64,000 nucleotides of DNA from Eledone cirrhosa (taxonomy: Eukaryota): assembly GCA_964016885.1 (NCBI GenBank), contig OZ024755.1:22568001-22632000 (forward strand). The letters are read 5' to 3'. The notes beneath the pieces are model-generated. The model had not been told where the DNA came from, did no database searches, and worked only from the letters and a program-made list of their open reading frames with translations. The translations under genes were made by a program, and so were the position numbers. Positions 58,954 through 64,000 of this stretch are shown here, piece by piece; the stretch's first letter is position 1, and the number at the start of each line of letters is the position of its first letter.

Positions 58954-59424
58954 TATATATTTTCTGTTGCTTAAACCATTTTGTTTGTTTACCCTAGCGT
59001 CCCCTTTATTTACGTGTCCCAACGACTTTTTTTAGCCGTTGCTCGCACCACCAACCTGAGGTATATGGTCTTTAAAGCGATGAAATGCCTATGACGGTTG
59101 GAAGACCACTGATGAAGGACAAACTTTTTCATATGTAACCCATTTGCAACGCCGCAGCTCCATTATTATCATATTTTACATATATATATATATATATAGG
59201 AACCAGTAAGACCCCGACAGCTGAGCTCAAGCCGTTTCGACGGCTAATTCTGGACAGCTGAGCTCAAGCCGTTTCGACGGCTAATTCAGTCCAGAATTAG
59301 CCGTCGAAACGGCTTGAGCTCAGCTGTCGGGATCTTACTGGTTCCTATTACCCACTCTACTACCCCAAGTATTGAGTACTTTGGTGCGTTATGGTCCACC
59401 TGGTTCCTTACCACATTTCCTTCG

Positions 59425-59458
<34 letters not shown>

Positions 59459-60899
59459 ATAATTTCTCAGCTCTCATCAGATATAAGAATGAATATAATT
59501 GTGTTTTAAAGGTAGTTACTCTATTTTCTAATATTTTTCACACTTAGATTTGCTATCTATATAAACAAACAAACAAACAAATAAAGAAAGATATCTATAT
59601 AAATATTTAAACCAACTGTTTGCTTAGAAATTTCCTTCTAAAACATAAATCTGTGTATAAATAAGGTGAATAAAGTAGCTAGCTGAAGTTACAAGTGATA
59701 TTGGAATAATTAATTTTAGTTGTAAATTCTTATTGTTCAACACCAACATCTATTGACTTTCTACCACCATGCAAAACATTTGAGACACAGCCCCAAGAGA
59801 AGACACTTACTACCGCCAATTAGGAGGCATTGATCCACCACTGCAATACCCTGAACATAAAGATGTGTTTCTCCTTTGCACAGACTGCAAACTATGTTGC
59901 CTTCCAAAATACAACTAGGCTTTCTCTCTTGTAAAGAAGTTTCTACTAACTTAAAATATAGGTTTTAACTGCCACTTCTTAACTAAAATGTTTATGTAAA
60001 CACAGCCACATTTAGGCATTGGGGGCCCAGGGCAGTTTCGGTTTGGGGGAGCCCTGGGAAGTTTAAGTTTGGGAGGCTCAGAGCTGTTCCTAGAGGAGGC
60101 CTTGTTTGATAAGTGGTGCCCTGGACATTTGCTACCCTCTACCCCCTCTCCAAATAAATTCGCCCCCACACACTACTTTAATTGCTCCCTATTTTGAATC
60201 TGACTCTACAAAACATATACACAACACCACTTCTTACCTCCCCATACTCTCCATATTCAATTCACCTGTCTCACAACACCACATATTTATATAAATGTAT
60301 GGACATTTAAAGGAGGTGAATTGGCAGAATTGTTAGGATATCTGATAGAATGCTTTATATAATTCGTTCGGGCTCCTCTCTGCTCTCTGAGGTAGGAACC
60401 TGCCATAGTCAACTTCGTCTTTTATTCTTTAAAAGACAATAAATAAAGTACCAATCCAGTATTGTAGTTGGTTCTTCCTCTATGTCTCCTTGTCCGTCCC
60501 CTCATCTAGTCTGAATACAGATGATTTCTTCCAGAGAAGGAGAGAGAGAGTGGGGAGGAGAGGAATTTATCCCAGTACTAAACTGGTACTTTTTTTATTG
60601 ACCTTGAAAGGCTGAAAGACAACGTTGACCTTGGCAGGATTTGAACTCAGAGGGCTGAAATAAATGCTATCCAATGTTCTAACAACTCTGCCAATTCACC
60701 ACCTGATGAAACAGATAAAATGATCTAAATTAGCAAATTCAAAATATTGAAAGAAACATGTGTTTATGCTTTTAGAAACTGGTTTGCTTGATAGGAATCA
60801 GTTAGCTAAAGCAGAGTCTTCATATGATCAAAACTGTCTTGGTGAAATATTGCTATCGAAAAAGACATTGCTTGGAAGGAGAAATTACTCATATTTCTT

Positions 60900-62450
60900 A
60901 CTTCATGTATTTGATCTGGTAAACAGTTTAAAATGTATCAGCATTTTGATTTGTTTATACACATAACAAGGCATGTTCTGAATAGCAATTGAAAAGAAAG
61001 TGATTGGAAAATAATATTTCATAACAGTCAGGAATTCAAAGCAGACATGGCCTATTGGAATAGATATGAGCTTTTGCCAAACTTTATATTCCCTTTGATG
61101 TCAAAGTTTGAATTATTGAATTCAAGTTTCCAGATACGTGTAGACAAATATATATCAAGGCATTTAAGTTGATGACAAAAAGTTTAAGGATGTGGATAAT
61201 TTGATCCGGAAACTGTATTTGTTTCGGCAGCAGCACAGTAAAAGTTCCCTTCAGAAATACACCCATGGGTGAGTGGTCATTCATTCAGGCAGATGTCTGA
61301 TAAGATTTGGACTACAGTTTTAAAGACTTGGTGGTTGTATGGAGGATTGAACTACGTAATGTTTCTTTTTTTAGTGTTTACGGAATCTTTAGATGGTGAG
61401 TTTAATATATCATATTTTACAGAGAATCTCTTTCATTCTAATACATTGTTTAGTACTTTGAATCATCTGTGATTACAAGGAGATTACAAAAGAACAAAGA
61501 AATATTTCCAACTAGATGGTTTAAGACAATGTGTAGGTACTTAAAAAGTCTGTGTATGTAGTGGAGTGATTTGTTTAGCTTTCTATATGGAAGGAAATGT
61601 GAGTTGAGGTTACGAGTAGTGACATTGAAGTTGACAATCTTCAGGTTAGAAAAAAGAAAAGCATCGTCACCTGTTTCAACTCTATTACAAGGTTTTACAC
61701 TGGAACCCAAAATCTTTTTAATCCTTTTATTACCATATCGCTAATGAAAGACTCTACCTATGATTTTCAATTAATTTTGGAAATAACCAAGAATTTGGAG
61801 GGATTTAGTAATAAAATGTTTACCACCCACACCTCTTACTCTTTGCTGGGTTAATCAGCCTACATATAATGTCAGCTAGAAAGTTATCCTTGTGGTTTTT
61901 AAATATGATTTGGGATTTATATGATGCTAAGCATTTGGTTCAATCATCTATTTCATGTGTGATGGTTAATATACAGGCTTCTATATTAATTTCATATATA
62001 CTAGTGTATTTGTTTTTTTTTTCTGTATGTGATCTTAATACTATTTGAATGAGGTCTAAAATGTGTTGCTATGTCAAGCTCATAATTTTTGTTTGTTTGT
62101 TTTTGTAAGAGTGAACAAATATTTCCCAATAACTTTTGACGTTCATGTATCTCTCTTTCAATGTGCTTAAATGATGTAATTATATTTCGACTGAAATGCT
62201 TCAATAGTTTGTTATGTGCAGAACAATTTCTCGTTTCTTGTTCTAAAGCCATATCTTTTTATCAAAGCATTTTTAGAAGGAATAGAAATGTTCTTTAATG
62301 AATACTCATTTAGGTGTTGGTACATCCTTGGTCTTGAAGTTTCCTGGTTGTGTCGCTAATACAGTTTCATATGGTATTTAGAGTTGAACTTAAGGATAAC
62401 AATTATTACCAATGCCTATCTAATGATTCGTTTAGATATTAAACTGGGCT
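60900..62450 (-). mobile_element. Highly decayed Penelope-like element
   Basis: NLKIVNF.VT..NL...FLPYRKLNKSLHYIH (RT thumb) and QTNKNYELD...NSIKITYRK. Boundaries approximate. Confidence 0.55.
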
Positions 62451-62568
62451 TAAATAACGAAATTAAATGAAATATTTATGTATATGCATCAGCCTACTAT
62501 AACAATATCTTACAACAGAGGGATTTCCTTGAAGAAATACAATATATATCACATCATCATTGTGTTCC

Positions 62569-63036
62569 TGCAACTGGTGCAGCCAGTCGTTGGGGTGCCT
62601 CTCTATATGTGCAGCTGGTGCAGCCAGTCGTTGGGGTGCCTCTCTAGATGTGCAACTGGTGCAGCCAGTCGTTGGGGTGACTCTCTAGATGTGCAACTGG
62701 TGAAGCCAGTCGTTGGGGTGCCTCTCTAGATGTGCAACTGGTGAAGCCAGTCGTTGGGGTGCCTCTCTAGATGTGCAACTGGTGAAGCCAGTCGTTGGGG
62801 TGCCTCTCTAGATGTGCAACTGGTGCAGCCAGTCGTTGGGGTGCCTCTCTATATGTGCAGCTGGTGCAGCCAGTCGTTGGAGTGCCTCTCTAGATGTGCA
62901 ACTGGTGAAGCCAGTCGTTGGGGTGCCTCTCTAGATGTGCAACTGGTGCAGCCAGTTGTTGGGATGCTATTCTAGATGTGGAGATGGTGCAGCTAGTCAT
63001 TGAAGTGCCACTCTAGATGTGCAACTGGTGCAGTCA
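62569..63036. repeat. 41-bp GC-rich minisatellite, about 11 copies
   Basis: Unit GATGTGCAACTGGTGMAGCCAGTCGTTGGGGTGCCTCTCTA. Confidence 0.95.
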
Positions 63037-63039
63037 GTC

Positions 63040-63350
63040 ATTGCCATTGGTCTCTGTTCTCTGTCATGTGTAGAAGAGTCTCAGTGTTGTGACCAGTCCA
63101 GCCTTTGAGGTTGTCGGACCACGATTTTCTTTGTCTTTTCTTTGCTCTCTCCTGGTTTAATTCTCCCTGTAGCCAAGGTGTAGCATTTAATATCACCAAA
63201 ACCTTCTTGACACTAATACAGAGGTTCTTCTCAATTCTTAAGTCTAATGCGCAGGACCTTCTCAATACATACCACATGATATTTAACAAGAACTCTTTGA
63301 AACATAGTCATAGCTATAATAAAAGTATCATGAATTTGGTTTCTGGCATC
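63040..63350 (-). mobile_element. Degenerate RTE-like LINE 3' fragment
   Basis: LQG...RQRKSWSDNLKGWTG...ENRDQW. Confidence 0.7.
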
Positions 63351-64000
63351 AACAGAAAAAATTAGTAGCAGCTTTGTCAGTTAGCCACCACCAGTGTAAT
63401 TGTGCCATCATCATCTCATGCCCACTTGAATGTAAATGCCAGAGCAATGAGTTATTATGCTGTACTAAAACGAAATTGGCAAACCATAGTGAACAAGTTT
63501 AACAGAAAATACTTTTAAGAACAGATACACGCAGCAAACATTTATTTAGGCGCCTTTAGAAAAGATATACCATCTATCTTTCACAGCATGTCTAGATACT
63601 GAAAGCTGAAAGCGCTGCAAACTTCAAGATACTGTGGCTTGTGGTGCAATTTGCCAAACCATATTCTGAAGGACCTGAATTTTGCTTCTTGTGTAGCTAT
63701 GAAGTTTTGTTTTATATTGACCTTTCAGCTTGTTAAATTCTATGAATAAACTAATTTTAAAATGTCATCACTAAAATATGTTTATTTTGTGAAACTTTAT
63801 TCTAACTACAATTGTATAGGAGGAATTATTTCATTATAGTTATATAAATATCCTATCTTATGAGTATTTAGAGTTCCCCTTGTTAATTTGTATTCTGTGT
63901 CAAAGATTCTAATAAGTAAGTGTTGTTGAAAAATATTTCGCAGGAGAATGATAACTATTAGAAAACTAACTTCTATTTTTTTTTTCTATTGAATATTGTG

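Noticed and set aside
59455-59482. CTGATGA...GAAA on the minus strand
   Set aside because: No stem II or stem I pairing.
60000-60170. Possible hAT MITE remnant (also at 11483-11670 and 42890-42970)
   Set aside because: GC-rich GGGCCC motifs are suggestive, but clear paired TIRs and TSDs could not be established.

Overview
AT-rich, repeat-saturated animal DNA. The SINE families, RTE/CR1/R4/Penelope remnants and kilobase (TA)n arrays suggest an octopus-type cephalopod genome (inference). The window is mostly intronic or intergenic. Host-gene evidence is limited to two plus-strand exons: a 242-nt exon (35859-36100) encoding an RGS17/19/20-type cysteine string, and a frame-compatible 48-nt exon (50993-51040). 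Mobile DNA includes a full-length DD37D Tc1/mariner with an open transposase ORF, a near full-length but disrupted RTE LINE, two main tRNA-derived SINE families, TTAA and hAT MITEs, and pogo, R4/Dong, CR1 and Penelope-like remnants. The most notable observations are: (1) a minisatellite that has multiplied the RGS exon's splice acceptor in frame; (2) several minimal hammerhead-ribozyme motifs, one nearly canonical and two arranged as an inverted pair; (3) many long inverted repeats inside (TA)n arrays; and (4) repeated local tandem amplification of 20-70 bp pieces of existing elements. Most long ORFs in the track are microsatellite artefacts. All calls were made by eye without database searches.
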